A DNA stretch of 64,000 bases from a virus. Lineage: Duplodnaviria; Caudoviricetes. The notes under the pieces were generated by a model. It ran no database searches and was not told the DNA's origin. It saw only the letters and a program-made list of their open reading frames with translations. The DNA lies in the IMG/VR virus record IMGVR_UViG_3300023311_001083, positions 1 to 64,000 of that record; one strand, given 5' to 3'. Made by a program: the position numbers and the translations under genes. Of this stretch, positions 10,259 to 20,362 are shown piece after piece; the first letter of the stretch is position 1; the number at the start of each line of letters is the position of its first letter.

Positions 10259-10513
10259 TTATTTTTTGTAATGCGGTTTATTATTTTGACGAGTATTGTC
10301 ATATCTCGGTTTATTGCCTTGATATGGTCTTCTAGGTCGAGTGCTTGCTAAGTATGCCCCATAGTTTTTAGAATCTTTACGGTATAAATCAGCTGGATTA
10401 AAGTCCCGCAATTCTATTCTGCAAAAATGAAGATAATTTTCTAAATCTTCAAATACTTTTACTACATCGGGACGGTTAGCAAAATACGAATAAGTTTTGT
10501 AATTTCTGGCCAT
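10259..10513 (-). CDS. hypothetical basic protein
   Basis: 84 aa ORF. Confidence 0.6.
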   Translation of the reverse strand: MARNYKTYSYFANRPDVVKVFEDLENYLHFCRIELRDFNPADLYRKDSKNYGAYLASTRPRRPYQGNKPRYDNTRQNNKPHYKK

Positions 10514-10585
10514 TTCGGCATTCCTGTTATAAGTTAAAAAAATAGTTAATCGAATTATTAACTGATTTTATTTATCAGTATTTTA

Positions 10586-12175
10586 TTATGATATATCAAT
10601 TTTATTAGCTTCCTCTTCATCAAAAGTGTGTTCTAAGATATTTAAATTTTCATCATCTTCTAAAACATCTAACTCTTTAATTTTAGAAGTTGTATCAATT
10701 TCGTCAAACAATTTATAAAAGTGAGTGTCTGAATTGATTATTCTACTGCTATTTCCTTGATTACTAACTATTTCAGTCCAGTATGACGCATACTCTTCAA
10801 TTAATGCATAAGATTTATGTTTATCACTTGTTTCAAAAATTGCATCTACTATTTCTCTAAAATAATTATGTTCAAATTCTCTATATCTTTTTTTATGATA
10901 TTTACTTGCAACTAATAATGCAGGATGAACGCCAGCATCATACATTTTGTTTGCATCTTGAACGGAAACTATATGACGATATACATTATGACCTTGTAAT
11001 ATTGCATATGTAAACCCGTCCCAGCTATTCTTTCCAACTTTATTCAGTTTATTTAAATCACCTGGTGCATATGTACAAATATCCGAAACTGTACAATGCT
11101 CTAAAATCGGGCTGGATTCGATAAAATCAAAATAACCGTCTTGTATTGCTACGTCTTTATATAATCTAGTATCAGTTGAATATTTTTTATCATCAATTGC
11201 TTTTTGTGTTTTATACGACCATGCTTCCATATGATTAATATTTGTATGTGTATAAATATGACCATTTGCGGCTGCTAAAAATGGACTAGCACAGTCAAAA
11301 CTTATTGTAAAATTTTCATTGTGATATTTTCTAACAGCGCGTTGAATATCAGTAAGCAATACACCCCATTCTAATTTTCCAATACCTAAAATATGTAACC
11401 AATCATGCTTACCTTTTTCTAGTAACCCATCATGTCTAATTTCAACCAACCGTCTTAGCAATAATTGAATATCAGTTTTAGTTTGACCACCCATTGCCCA
11501 ACCATTAAATGCTCTATCACCGTAGATTGTTGTGTCACAATAATGTTTCATATGTGAATACCAATCATCTGCTTCAGCATGATTGCCACCTTGAAGAACG
11601 TTTAAAAATTTACAATCACCATTTCGGTTATTAATAAACCAATCATTATTGATTTTGGTTGCATTTACTGAATCAGCATATGTATTAATGCCAGTTGCTG
11701 CTCGTGATTCTGGATTATTAGCTACCCAAGATGGAATATCCAAAACCATACCATAATCCATTAACGCATCCATCCAAGTTAACACTTGTCTACGTTTTTT
11801 ATCAGCTTTTGGACAATTAGGATCTTTCCAGTCAGCAGGCCAAACACCTTTTGCTATTTGATATCCACCACTATCACCCAACACCCAGCTAGTATTTCTA
11901 TCTCGATTACGAAACATATCATCATTTTGACTATTGTCAGTTAAGTCTAATTTAGCATGTCCAGCTGAATAAAGACAATGACTAAAGTAAAATTCACCTT
12001 TAGTTGGGTCTAAATAATTTAGACTTTCAACTCCATGTGCAAATGATTTAGGAATACGGGCTGGATCAGTATAATTTCCATATCGCTGTTTACCAATATA
12101 AGCTGCATAATAGCTACTAGTTGCTGGTAAAAAATACGCATAATCAGATTGCGTAGTGGTTAAATCTTTAATCAT
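10586..12175 (-). CDS. tRNA-guanine transglycosylase-like protein (candidate DpdA-type deazaguanine inserter)
   Basis: LGDSGGYQI, LDIP, LNVLQGG, GWAMGG, HILGIG, SFDCASP: TGT barrel motifs; clustered with folE/queE. Confidence 0.8.
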   Translation of the reverse strand: MIKDLTTTQSDYAYFLPATSSYYAAYIGKQRYGNYTDPARIPKSFAHGVESLNYLDPTKGEFYFSHCLYSAGHAKLDLTDNSQNDDMFRNRDRNTSWVLGDSGGYQIAKGVWPADWKDPNCPKADKKRRQVLTWMDALMDYGMVLDIPSWVANNPESRAATGINTYADSVNATKINNDWFINNRNGDCKFLNVLQGGNHAEADDWYSHMKHYCDTTIYGDRAFNGWAMGGQTKTDIQLLLRRLVEIRHDGLLEKGKHDWLHILGIGKLEWGVLLTDIQRAVRKYHNENFTISFDCASPFLAAANGHIYTHTNINHMEAWSYKTQKAIDDKKYSTDTRLYKDVAIQDGYFDFIESSPILEHCTVSDICTYAPGDLNKLNKVGKNSWDGFTYAILQGHNVYRHIVSVQDANKMYDAGVHPALLVASKYHKKRYREFEHNYFREIVDAIFETSDKHKSYALIEEYASYWTEIVSNQGNSSRIINSDTHFYKLFDEIDTTSKIKELDVLEDDENLNILEHTFDEEEANKIDIS

Positions 12176-13229
12176 TATTTTTCCTGGTTAGATGTGTCAA
12201 CATTATATCAGCAGATAAGTAATCTTTCAAGAGAATTTCATTTTGTATTTTCAACTTAGGAAGATAATAATCATAATTTTCAATTCTATCAGTAATAAAC
12301 TTAATTAATGCGTTCTTATAGATTTGATAATTTTCAAAACTTTCAGTCCATAAACTAGGATATTTAAAGCAATGTAAATACATTTCTGAATAAGATGCAC
12401 GATCTGGCACAATTGGTATTGCACCAGATAAACATCCTTCCATCATACTAATCCCAAGATTTTCATGTAATGAGCAACTAAAAATAATTTTACTTTCTTT
12501 TAATAATTCATAATAATCTGATTTATTTAAATCAAGTTTACTTGTTATTATAACATTACCCAACATTGTGTCGATATCTTCTGCAATTTCTGGCTGTTTA
12601 TCTGAGTTATATCTATGTGGCCAGATAATATTATTGTTTTTTTCAACCGTATCTAAATCTACAGTTATTTGCTTTGTAATACTATTATGTGGTTGTCCAC
12701 TTCTAATTGCTTTTTCAGTGGTGTCATTAATTGACAAGTTACGTAAAAACATATCACGATGAAAGTTAGAAGCATAATAATTATAATCACAACAATTAAA
12801 TATACTTCGTTCAAAATCAGAAACCCAGCTTTTATCTAATTTCATACCAAGAATATCTGTTGGATCATATGCACCAGCATGCCATATACCATGAATTTCA
12901 ACAGGAATATCTAATAATTCACTCATGTACTTAATATTAATTATACCTGGATTCCATGCGTCTGTTATTAGAATTTTATCACCAGAAATTATTTCATTAT
13001 TAGCAAATAACTTACTAAGTGAACTTATTTGAGATGATTTATATATGTTTGTTGCACCAAAATTTAAAAATGCACCAGCTGTGACAGAATCGGTTATTTG
13101 TTCACCATCTATTACTACTATATTAAATTCACTAGATGCATCTTTAATAATTTCAGGTATAATATCATACCATTGTTTAGTATAGCGTTGATCGATTGGT
13201 TCTATTGGTAAAATGTAAATTGTATTCAT
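12168..13229 (-). CDS. GT-B fold glycosyltransferase (GT4-like)
   Basis: IIWPHR..SDKQP and ENLGISMME (EX7E) motif; stop overlaps TGT start by 8 nt. Confidence 0.8.
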   Translation of the reverse strand: MNTIYILPIEPIDQRYTKQWYDIIPEIIKDASSEFNIVVIDGEQITDSVTAGAFLNFGATNIYKSSQISSLSKLFANNEIISGDKILITDAWNPGIINIKYMSELLDIPVEIHGIWHAGAYDPTDILGMKLDKSWVSDFERSIFNCCDYNYYASNFHRDMFLRNLSINDTTEKAIRSGQPHNSITKQITVDLDTVEKNNNIIWPHRYNSDKQPEIAEDIDTMLGNVIITSKLDLNKSDYYELLKESKIIFSCSLHENLGISMMEGCLSGAIPIVPDRASYSEMYLHCFKYPSLWTESFENYQIYKNALIKFITDRIENYDYYLPKLKIQNEILLKDYLSADIMLTHLTRKNND

Positions 13230-13564
13230 TATATTGATCCAGTAATGTAAGATGATGTACCAATTGGCCCAATTGCTGTCCCCATGCCATATCCAATGCT
13301 ATATCCGATACCTGCCCCTCCTATATTTTGATCATACTTATTAGTTTCATTTAACCTAGATATTTCATAATACATTTCTAATTTAGAAATACGCTTGTCT
13401 TGCTCATTTAACAAAGCGCGTATAGGACCAACAGATACGTTACTATTTTCTGTAATGCTAGTTACTAACAATAAATTCTTCAATAACTTAGTTACTGCTG
13501 GTGCATCAGACGTTATTGCTTTATCAAATATGTCAATTAGAGTTGATATTTCAGTTTCAGTCAT
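13229..13564 (-). CDS. hypothetical protein
   Basis: 111 aa ORF, Gly-rich C-terminus. Confidence 0.6.
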   Translation of the reverse strand: MTETEISTLIDIFDKAITSDAPAVTKLLKNLLLVTSITENSNVSVGPIRALLNEQDKRISKLEMYYEISRLNETNKYDQNIGGAGIGYSIGYGMGTAIGPIGTSSYITGSI

Positions 13565-13565
13565 A

Positions 13566-14312
13566 TTATTTTACTTGAGCTGGTAATATGTAATTATATT
13601 CAGCAATACCACTATCAACTGTAACTTGCAGAGCACCTGCATTTGATATACGAATAGTCATATCACCAGAAAGATTTAAGATGCTACGAAATTGAGATAT
13701 TGGCCATGAAAATGGTCTAATTAATTTTCCATTGACATTAGTTTCAAATATAAAACTTCCAGCATGTGTACTTGCATCACCAAACGTAAATATTAAGTCA
13801 TTATTCGCATCAGTTGACACTTGAAAAACAGTTTCTTCGTTGTTTGCAGTTTGTTGATATTTAAATTTTTCAATACTTGTCAACGATGGGACGAATGTGA
13901 TATCCCAATTTGCACCTTTAAATTTAACTGATTTTAATTTCTCATTAATGATTTCTTGTTTCATAAATCGATAATCATTTTGAAAATCACCAGCTTTATT
14001 TTTAAAATGCAAACCTTTACAAATTACTTCACCATCTTTTGTATCAGTTACAACATTAATATTTGCATCATCTTTATACTCTGGACATTTTAAATGTATG
14101 TCTAATTTGTTAAGATTTGGCATACCAAATGTCCCTTCAAGATTTGAAACTGGAACATGTGTGGTGGCATTAACAATAACTGACCTATCTTCAGCAATAG
14201 ATTCGATTAGTGTTTCTGTACTAGATGATGATATTTTAACCAATGGTAAAAAACTTAACGCGTGGGTATGTGAAACTAAATCCTTTAAAAAATCTTTCAT
14301 GTAATTCTCCAT
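13566..14312 (-). CDS. DNA polymerase sliding clamp (gp45-like)
   Basis: 248 aa, FGMPNL and Y.YILPAQ motifs, directly downstream of polymerase. Confidence 0.7.
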   Translation of the reverse strand: MENYMKDFLKDLVSHTHALSFLPLVKISSSSTETLIESIAEDRSVIVNATTHVPVSNLEGTFGMPNLNKLDIHLKCPEYKDDANINVVTDTKDGEVICKGLHFKNKAGDFQNDYRFMKQEIINEKLKSVKFKGANWDITFVPSLTSIEKFKYQQTANNEETVFQVSTDANNDLIFTFGDASTHAGSFIFETNVNGKLIRPFSWPISQFRSILNLSGDMTIRISNAGALQVTVDSGIAEYNYILPAQVK

Positions 14313-14321
14313 TAAAATTAT

Positions 14322-14350
14322 ATTATATATTATTTGTATATTTTTGTCAA
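14322..14350 (-). promoter_or_regulatory. sigma70-like promoter
   Basis: TTGACA-17nt-TATAAT. Confidence 0.65.
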
Positions 14351-15442
14351 TTAAAACTCAAACAAACTTTCAAACATGTTAGTTCGTTCAGTACTTCTTA
14401 AATCCCAATGTAATACGCCAATTAAATTCTCCAGTTTCTTATTAATAATAATTGTTTCCATAGCGTCATGATCAAATGGTAATTCCTTAAACCATTGCGG
14501 TAATCTTAATTCATCAACAGGATATGCAACTGATGTTATACCTAATGGATTGTTTTTAAGCTTACAAACAATAACTTTCATACCATCTACTATACTCATA
14601 GAGTATTTGTCACTATTCATACGTTGTAACGTATTCCAATTGATACTCGCTCTAACATGACCTGGTAATCTAGCTTTACCTTCGTCGTTTTCTTTAGCTT
14701 GATAGTACGTGATTTTATTTGCTCGTTTGGGAGAACCTTTCTCCCAACCTGGACGTTCTTTGAAAATAATCCTAAAATTAACTATATGTTCCAAAACTTT
14801 TTCTTGTGTAGCATCAGTTAGCACCATTTCAAGTAATTCACTTAGAAATTTCTGAATAAAAACAGGTGTATCACTACGTCTGAGATCGAGACCCATTGCT
14901 TTTATCTTTCCTTCTTTACCTTTGATGTCTTGACGTTTTCCATCTTTATCATAAACTAAAACTGCATACCGCTTCTTAGTTATGAATAATCCAGTAGTAC
15001 CAACAATTTCTCTTCCAGCTTTTATAACTTCACCACGTGATTTTGGACAATGAAATGCATCATACATAAATTGCGGGAATGTTTCATTAACCATATCTGC
15101 CATTTCATCATATAATTCAATGATTGAATCTTTATTCCAGTCAATCCGCTTAGCATCAATATCTTTTTTAAATGTTTCATATGCTGAGAAATATACTGAA
15201 TTATGCAATAGAATATTATTACCAAACAACCAAGGCTTCTTTTCGTTTTTCATTCCAATATCATATACATACTCGTTGTTAGCTTGTCTTACCTTTTTAA
15301 CTGATTTAACTGGTGCACGATGCAGTGAGATCGTTGTTGGTTTTATTTTTGAAATATTTTTTCGAATATCAGATAATACCTGAACTTGTTCTTCAGTATT
15401 TGTTGAATGAATTAATGTTTTAAATAATGTAGTTAAAGTCAT
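14351..15442 (-). CDS. family B DNA polymerase, fragment 3 (C-intein plus C-terminal polymerase part)
   Basis: YVYDI..NNILLHN|SVYF splice junction, then KKRYA and KAMGLDLRRSDTP PolB motifs. Confidence 0.9.
   Translation of the reverse strand: MTLTTLFKTLIHSTNTEEQVQVLSDIRKNISKIKPTTISLHRAPVKSVKKVRQANNEYVYDIGMKNEKKPWLFGNNILLHNSVYFSAYETFKKDIDAKRIDWNKDSIIELYDEMADMVNETFPQFMYDAFHCPKSRGEVIKAGREIVGTTGLFITKKRYAVLVYDKDGKRQDIKGKEGKIKAMGLDLRRSDTPVFIQKFLSELLEMVLTDATQEKVLEHIVNFRIIFKERPGWEKGSPKRANKITYYQAKENDEGKARLPGHVRASINWNTLQRMNSDKYSMSIVDGMKVIVCKLKNNPLGITSVAYPVDELRLPQWFKELPFDHDAMETIIINKKLENLIGVLHWDLRSTERTNMFESLFEF
15200..15442 (-). other. C-terminal half of naturally split intein (81 aa)
   Basis: Block F VYDI, block G LLHN, +1 Ser. 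Confidence 0.88.
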
Positions 15443-17181
15443 GGTGTTGTTTTCTCGTTATTGGTTAATTGCATTTCAAAAACTATTTGTCCACAATCCC
15501 AAATTCTTCGATATTTGTTAAAATACATATTCTCTATTTCAGTAAGATTGTGGTTGTAATTTATTAATAAGTTAGCAAGGTTTCTTTTTTGAAAAAAAGA
15601 ACGATGCCAGATCTTCTTACAATCAGTATAATAATAACACGGATCAGTAACATGTGTCAATGTAAAATTACATTGTTTATATACATTTCCGTTGCTCCAT
15701 CTGCGATTTGCATATGAAATCAACATTCCGGTATGTGTTTTTTTAAATTCATTAATAATTTTACTAAATCCACCAATCACTGACGTGTTTATTACTGATG
15801 CAAAACGTATTAATTCGAAATAGTTATCAACTTTTTTTCTAAATCTAGATTTTCCAAATGTTGCAAGTGATACAATTTCTTGGTTATAAACTAAACCGAT
15901 ATGAATTGATCCAGATGCATACCCTTGTAAGTGATTTTGTTCAAAGAATGCTTTACTGTCTTTACCAGATAATAAAATAATTTTACAATGTCTAGCAAAT
16001 ATTCTACGAGATGCTTTTTTTAAATGATGTCGTATTGTAGATTTCCATATTTCTTGTTTTATAACGTCTTTCCATTCTAAATCTAGAATATGTAATAATT
16101 GTATTCCGTTTTCTTCGCATACAGTTGTTTTATTTAGGTGTTGTTTTGATTTAGCAAAATCAGTTTCTTTTGAAGCTGACGAATGCCAATAAATGCCGTT
16201 ATATTCTATTGCTAAATTAAACTTTGGTAAATATATATCAATTTCAAACCCTAAATCTCTCCACGAATGATTTATTTCATCAACACCAATTTCTGTTAAA
16301 AAATTAATAATTTCATATTCCGCAGCTGATTTATTTGTAGTAAATTGGATCCCACATTGTTTACATCCATTACCTGCTAAATGATAATATGCAACTTGTG
16401 AGAATTTTCCGTGTTTTTGACATATAATATCAACGATCTCACGAGCCGAGTTGTATATAGTTTGACTATAATCATATTTTAACCCGTGAATGTTTTGTGC
16501 TTTTAAAATGAATTCAGGGGTTGTTAACAGTATTTTTTTGGCATTTTGATCAAGACCACATTTCTTACATCCATGCCCACGCATGTGTACGCCTGCTACT
16601 TGTAAAAAAGACCCATGTATTGGACACACAATTTCTATTGAACTATTAATATCAATAAACTTGCGTTTGTCATATATATAGAAATTATTGTGTTCTTTCA
16701 TGCTTCTAGCAATCCAGTCTTCAACAGTAATACGTGGAATAATTGTATCACCATAACATTTTTGACACCGCATGCCTTTGATAAAATTTCTTGCTATTTG
16801 AAAAAATACTCCGTGTTTTTGGCAGTTTAATTCAATATACTGTATACTGCTTAGAAATTTTGGAACATTTATTAATTCATAATTATGAATGTTATGTTTT
16901 TTTAATGTTTCTAAAGAAATAATATTATTTGTATTAACGTGTAGGTTACACCGATATTTTGCATTTTCAAAATTTCTAAATTTTGAAATTATTGTTAATT
17001 GGGCATTACATATTTCACAAACTGGACTATCTTGGTTGTCTAAAAATAAGCATATGGCGGCCTGTACATCAAATATGTTTTGCCGACCGCCATATTTTAC
17101 GAGTATCTTATTAAATAATCTTGGATATTTTTTTTTAAACGAGGATACCGTTAAACCTCGAGTTATAAGCGAATTTGTCAT
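15439..17181 (-). mobile_element. Hef-like homing endonuclease gene between the split intein halves
   Basis: Three CxxHG.F.Q...H..G.GCxxC repeats, EIDIYLPKFNLAIEYNGIYWH nuclease motif; stop overlaps next ATG (ATGA). Confidence 0.82.
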
Positions 17182-17193
17182 ATTATATTTATA

Positions 17194-19176
17194 TTAATCT
17201 TTTTGACTAATTGAAATTAATATATCTGTTTCTTGAATATCAGCCGGCTTTACTTCTAGCAGGATTCCGGCTCGTTCAATCATTACTGAGTGGTCTTGAG
17301 TTACTGTTACAATATTACCTAACGCATCTTCGATTTCGTACAAATCTTTAGAAACTTTATGCCGATAGATATAATTAATGTGCCCTAAGTATGGCTCGTT
17401 CCTATCTGGGTCAAAACTCATAACGATTAACTCTGGATTATATGCATACTCTTTATCCCCGTCATTCCAAAATTGCGAGCACGAACTGAATAACTCTTCA
17501 ACTGTTTTCTCACCAAAATTAGTTTGATGCAATGTTGTGCCTATCCAACTATCAGTATCACCATATATAAGACTAGCGCCAAGATGGTCATATTTACCAG
17601 TGATAAATTCATTAGTTTTAGCACTCATGTGCTTAACAATTTGTCTGCCAGTTAATGTTGTTGATTGTCCAATTCGTTTATCTGAGAAACGGCATCCTTC
17701 ATTTAATAACGCGCCATATAATGCATTTAAATTAATTTTCTTAACTAATTGTCGTTTGTCCCAGTATTCTTCAGCAATTTTATCATTTTCATCTTTTGCT
17801 ATTGCTAATTTTGCCTGCAATTCTTGACGTTCTGCATACCATCGTTTTAATAATCCAGGAATGATACCTTCTTTTTCATAAGTAAAAATAGTACCATTTG
17901 CACTTAGCATCCAAGGTTGATTGCTTTTGAATATTAATTTATAAACTTCGGCAGCACTTAATATGTCACTTTCACCATTAACCCAATCAATTGTTATTTC
18001 AGTTCCTAATTCTTGATTCATAACTGACGTATATTCTAAACTTCCGAATATTCCTTCCCATGCTTGTGCTGCAGTTTTACCTTTTTTACCAGAAACTGAT
18101 TTAGCCATCAGTTTAGCAATGTGCGCCTCAGTTGCTGTCTGTCTTAACTGACCTACAATTGTTTCAGGGCTCATATTTACTGCGCGAATAGCACTGGGAT
18201 ATAGTGAGTTTATATCGAAAGAACCTATCCACCGATGAAAACCTTTCTTAGGATATGCTACATATGCACCAGCGGCACCTGATTCAGATTTAGTTAATTT
18301 TGATCTATTCGGAACTTGTAATCCCCTACTATGCGCTTCATTGATGATAGCTTGTTCAGTCATTGCAACTGTGCCTAAAGTTGTGGGCAATAGAACTGTG
18401 TTTTCATGTGCTAGTAAATTAGTTTGATATATGAATTTTAATTTAGCATCCAATTTAGCTAGGAGGTCTGTATCCTGTCTATTATATTGAATAAATGTTT
18501 TAAAATCATTATTATATAATTGATCTAAGGTGCCATCATACTCTGTTTTCTTTTCACCAAGTTCATACTCTGCAATTGCATCTAACGAATAACTATGACG
18601 TTCTTCATAAGTATACTTTTTATATAAATCTAGACTATCAATATTTACTCGTCCAATAAAATCATATGTAATTGATGTTTTTCCATATTTTTCATATTCA
18701 CGTTTTTTTGGTAGCTGATCAAATAAACAAAATCGTCTAGTATCATTTTTACTTAGAACTTTAGCAACTCTATGCACGGTATATGGGACATCATACGCTT
18801 GACAATTCCACCCTGATAATACGTCCGCATCTTGAATTAAATCCAAGAATGTATCCAATAATTCTTTTTCAGTTTTGAAAAGCAATGTATTAGGAAATTC
18901 TTTGACTTCTTCAATTGCCTGGTCCATTGTCAAAGATTTTGGTGGCACTGATAAACATATAGTTGTGTTTAACCATTGCAGATGAACTGCTATTGCAGTA
19001 ATTGGCATGAATGCGTCATCAGTTGAACTATAACCAGGACCAGGTTTTAAGTATCTGCAACCATCAATGTTAACCCACTGTTTTTTAATAGAATCCCATA
19101 CTTCATATTCATGTTTATTAGGTAGTTGGTTTAATTCAAAGACCGTTATTTCTTTTTCTTCCTGCACTTTTATCAT
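17194..19176 (-). CDS. family B DNA polymerase, fragment 2 (rest of exonuclease, palm up to YGDTD, N-intein)
   Basis: GWNCQAYD ExoII, YNRQD ExoIII, DINSLYPS region II, KINLNALYG region III, YGDTD followed by intein. Confidence 0.92.
   Translation of the reverse strand: MIKVQEEKEITVFELNQLPNKHEYEVWDSIKKQWVNIDGCRYLKPGPGYSSTDDAFMPITAIAVHLQWLNTTICLSVPPKSLTMDQAIEEVKEFPNTLLFKTEKELLDTFLDLIQDADVLSGWNCQAYDVPYTVHRVAKVLSKNDTRRFCLFDQLPKKREYEKYGKTSITYDFIGRVNIDSLDLYKKYTYEERHSYSLDAIAEYELGEKKTEYDGTLDQLYNNDFKTFIQYNRQDTDLLAKLDAKLKFIYQTNLLAHENTVLLPTTLGTVAMTEQAIINEAHSRGLQVPNRSKLTKSESGAAGAYVAYPKKGFHRWIGSFDINSLYPSAIRAVNMSPETIVGQLRQTATEAHIAKLMAKSVSGKKGKTAAQAWEGIFGSLEYTSVMNQELGTEITIDWVNGESDILSAAEVYKLIFKSNQPWMLSANGTIFTYEKEGIIPGLLKRWYAERQELQAKLAIAKDENDKIAEEYWDKRQLVKKINLNALYGALLNEGCRFSDKRIGQSTTLTGRQIVKHMSAKTNEFITGKYDHLGASLIYGDTDSWIGTTLHQTNFGEKTVEELFSSCSQFWNDGDKEYAYNPELIVMSFDPDRNEPYLGHINYIYRHKVSKDLYEIEDALGNIVTVTQDHSVMIERAGILLEVKPADIQETDILISISQKD
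17197..17550 (-). other. N-terminal half of naturally split intein (118 aa)
   Basis: Begins S-WIGTT after YGDTD, KTVEELF, block B TQDH, then stop codon. Confidence 0.88.
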
Positions 19177-19870
19177 TCCCAGTATATTTTGTTACATATT
19201 TGACAACTGACCCATCATTTAATTGCCCATTGCATTTTTTTATTTTATATTTTATATGGTCGTATGTATACCCTGTTATGAACATTACTTGTTCATATGA
19301 CCAAAATTTAATAATTGACCCATCCATTTTTGTTAGTTGCATTTGTGAGCCTTTTCCTTTTCTTATCATGTTACCACGTGTTTTTTGATCACACTGTCCA
19401 ACTGACGCTTTCATTCGAACATGCATTTCTTCTTTAGATAGTTTGCTCAACGTATTTTTTAATGTATTACTCACTTTATTATAATCATACTGATATTTTC
19501 CTAATTTATGATTTTCACTAAATCGGCGTTTTCTTTCTTCACATTTGTTTGGATTCTCATCAATATATCTTTTCCTTGCTTCAGCATACGCATGACTAGT
19601 TACTACGTAACTATTATATCCGGATCGTGTTTTTGCCATCCACCATAATGCATATATCATTTTCTTTCTAAATGTCGGGTTATTTTTATACATTTTTACT
19701 AATAAAAGATGGCAAATAAAATGTTCACGAGTAGTTAAGTATACGAGGTTAAATTCATCATTTGTACCACCACAACTTTTTGGAAGAATATGGTGTTTTT
19801 CTAATCCAATATCTTTTGTTTTAAATTTAGAATTTTCAATTATACTAAAATATATTTTTTCATAGTTCAT
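19136..19870 (-). mobile_element. HNH homing endonuclease gene inserted in polymerase exonuclease region
   Basis: EKHHILPKSCGGTN..FNLVYLTTREHFICH HNH motif; own GTTAAATA motif at 19887-19894; 3' end overlaps fragment 2 start. Confidence 0.88.
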
Positions 19871-19916
19871 AAGTTTCTCTTATAACTATTTAACTTGAGC
19901 TCCTCCATACCAATAA

Positions 19917-20309
19917 TTATTTTAGTTTTTTTCTAATTTTTACTATTTGTTGGCTTGGAACAGCAAATGGTTGCATATCAACTTCAATGTCCCAGAAAGC
20001 GACATTTAAATTTGGTGATTCTTGATGCATATAGTGTTCAGCTAATGCAACAAATACTGGATTGGTATCAGATTCAAATAATACTTTACCGCTATTAATT
20101 GCTTGTTCTTTTCTAAAATCATTTGTAGATTTACATACAATACGATTTAGTTTATCCCCATAAATACTTTCATATTTACCTTTTGTATCTTTGTAATAAA
20201 AAGTATACTTAACTGGTATATTTCGAAATATACGTTCACCAGATTTAGATCGTTCTACTATTTTAATTTGATCTGCGTTTCTATCAAAGAAACCATCCAC
20301 ATATGACAT
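19917..20309 (-). CDS. family B DNA polymerase, fragment 1 (N-terminal domain through ExoI DIEVD)
   Basis: MSYVD, LFESDTNPVF..L..HY, AFWDIEVD ExoI, then a 19 aa non-polymerase tail. Confidence 0.85.
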   Translation of the reverse strand: MSYVDGFFDRNADQIKIVERSKSGERIFRNIPVKYTFYYKDTKGKYESIYGDKLNRIVCKSTNDFRKEQAINSGKVLFESDTNPVFVALAEHYMHQESPNLNVAFWDIEVDMQPFAVPSQQIVKIRKKLK

Positions 20310-20362
20310 TTAATCTCCTTGTTATTGTGACTGCTAAATTAATAGCAGCCACTATCTTTCTT

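Noticed and set aside
7501-13229. Concluding that the genome lacks queC/queF
   Set aside because: Only a 64 kb window is visible; these genes could be elsewhere or supplied by the host.
19136-19917. Group I intron around the HNH gene in the polymerase
   Set aside because: Only 46 nt upstream and a negative distance downstream; no recognisable P7/core sequences; both flanking ORFs have their own stop and start.
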